Assembly: GCA_950097015.1 (NCBI GenBank) | Contig: CATNEN010000018.1 | Span: 62,001-126,000, forward strand | Direction: 5' to 3' | Length of the DNA: 64,000 nt | Origin: Macrostomum hystrix | Taxonomy: Eukaryota; Animalia; Platyhelminthes | In this document: positions 62,201 to 64,000 of the stretch, in pieces | Layout: every line of letters begins with the position of its first letter | Numbering within the stretch: the first letter of the stretch is position 1 | Position numbers and translations under genes: made by a program | Notes under the pieces: generated by a model | Told to the model about the DNA's origin: nothing | Seen by the model: the letters and a program-made list of their open reading frames with translations, nothing else | Databases searched by the model: none

Positions 62201-64000
62201 TGCTCAAGGGGCTTCTGAGCACACTCAGTGCATTCTGTGGCATAGAAGCCGTGTTGCAAGCCGAGAAAAAGCGGCAGAATTTTATTAGCAGACACCGAGT
62301 TGAGCACAATTGAGTCACTGAACTCACTGAATTAAAGGGCCTTAGCAACACAATGAAGCTGAGACAGAGCTAAACTGGCTGCTCATTGTATGGGGTGCAC
62401 TGGCTCTGAGCATGGTCCGCAGTTTCTGTACAATTCGCAGCCTCTCCTGACGGCCCTCCCCGCTCGGAGGCGAAGGCGCTGAGCCCGTGGCAGCAGCGGC
62501 CGCTCGCACGCTGCCTCGCAGACTCCAGCTCGGGCCTGCCTTCTTCGACACAATGGGCCTGTGCGACTCACCCACCTCCCTCCGCTGTGATGAGGCTGCA
62601 GCTGCAGCCGTTCACAGACTCCACTCCTCTGCTCTCTATTCTCTGCTTTGACTGCTCGATTTGAGAATGGTCTCACATTGGATAAGCTGTGCAGGTGCAT
62701 TTCCACCACAACTTCAGATTGATAGATGAGGGGAGAAACAGACAGAGGTGAGGGGAGAAACAGACAGAGATGGGAGGAGAAACAGACAGAGGTGAGGGGA
62801 GAAACAGACAGATGTGAGGGGGAGAAACAGACAGACGTGAGGGTGGAGAAACAGACAGAGATGAGGGGAGAAACAGACAGAAATGAGGGGAGAAACAGAC
62901 AGAGGTGAGGGGAGAAACAGACAGAGATGAGGGGAGAAACAGACAGAAATGAGGTGAGAAACAGACAGAGATGAGGGGAGAAACAGACAGAGATGAGGGG
63001 AGAAACAGACAGAAATGAGTGGAGCAACAGACAGAGGTGAGGGAGAAACAGACAGAGATGAGGGGAGAAAAGAAAAGCATGCAGAGGAGAATCTTAGAAA
63101 AGACTCAATTGTGTTGTTGCCAGGCCAATAGAAATTTCTGTGCTCACTAAAAGTTTTCTTTTGCTCTCGCAGCCTCAGAAAATTTCAGTTTCACAGCACA
63201 ATTATTCGGAGGCTATATGATCACTTCACTTCCATGAGGCTATATGGAAAAATTTGATCACTTTGAGTACAGTTGGTGAGTGCCTGCCTGCCCCCAGTCC
63301 GCTGCGCTTCTAATTAGGGTCTGGTGACCCCCAGTCCATGGACTGAACAGCTGACAGCAGACTTTGGAAGTCGCTGGCTGCACATGTAGCCCATCTAGAC
63401 TGGGTGTCTTCTCCATCTGCTCAAATCAGGATGCCAAAAAACTGTCTAAACCTCGCGGCAGTTGATGAAAAGTTAGTGAACTGAGTCAGCTTCACTTCAC
63501 TGTGTCTCAAATTTGATCCCAAATCCCGTTTCTGAACGGCAAACAAAAGCCGGCTAATCCGGAAACTCCGATAGCTGAACAGCTAACAGATTCCGAATCA
63601 GAACTCGATCTTACAGCTGGGCGAGAAACCGAGTCCTGAACCCACAGTCCTGAACCCACAGTCCTGAACCCACAGTCCTGAACCCACAGTCCTGAACCCA
63701 CAGTCCTGAAACCACAGTCTTGAAACCACAGTCCTGAACCCACAGTCCTGAACCCACAGTCCTGAACCCACTGTCCTGAACCCACAGTCCTGAACCCACA
63801 GACCTGAACCCACAGTCCTGAACCCACAGTCCTGAACCCACAGTCCTGAACCCACAGTCCTGAACCCACAGTCCTGAACCCACAGTCCTGAACCCACAGT
63901 CCTGAACCCACAGTCCTGAAACCACAGTCCTGAACCCACAGTCCTGAACCCACAGTCCTGAACCCTTCAGTTCAGTAAACTTTGCTTCTAACAAGAAAGC
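56216..64000 (+). other. Near-identical duplicate of ~30970-38260 (distal part of the segmental duplication unit), with its own copies of the satellites
   Basis: Unique stretches align nearly base for base (e.g. 58175-58390 vs 32729-32944, 62103-62700 vs 36173-36770). Differences are mainly in repeat copy number. Confidence 0.95.

Overview
Repeat-saturated eukaryotic (invertebrate) genomic DNA with GT-AG introns and about 20 mini/microsatellite arrays. The style, and the Mab-21 family involved, resemble a free-living flatworm such as Macrostomum; this is an inference and was not checked. The main content is a tandem segmental duplication (unit 1 ~20.4-41.0 kb, unit 2 ~41.0 kb to beyond the window end). 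Each unit carries a three-exon gene that the ORF track splits into separate ORFs. Splice phases join them into one protein: an N-terminal array of near-identical ankyrin repeats fused to a Mab-21/cGAS-like nucleotidyltransferase (cGLR). Copy 2 (41996-47700) is intact, 1158 aa. Copy 1 (23292-28970) has a 1-bp frameshift and a deleted C-terminal tail. The ankyrin repeats vary mainly at the DARPin-type binding positions and differ in number between copies. The acceptor of the cGLR exon is multiplied as a 52-bp tandem array whose upstream copies would give ankyrin-only products. Also present: a near full-length but disabled APE-RT LINE (RTE-like) inside a 29-bp satellite, a two-exon secreted PAN + C-type-lectin-like gene, an orphan THAP exon, a two-TM ORF, and a possible two-exon gene with an ETKVG repeat. 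Most long ORFs in the track are translation artefacts of simple repeats.
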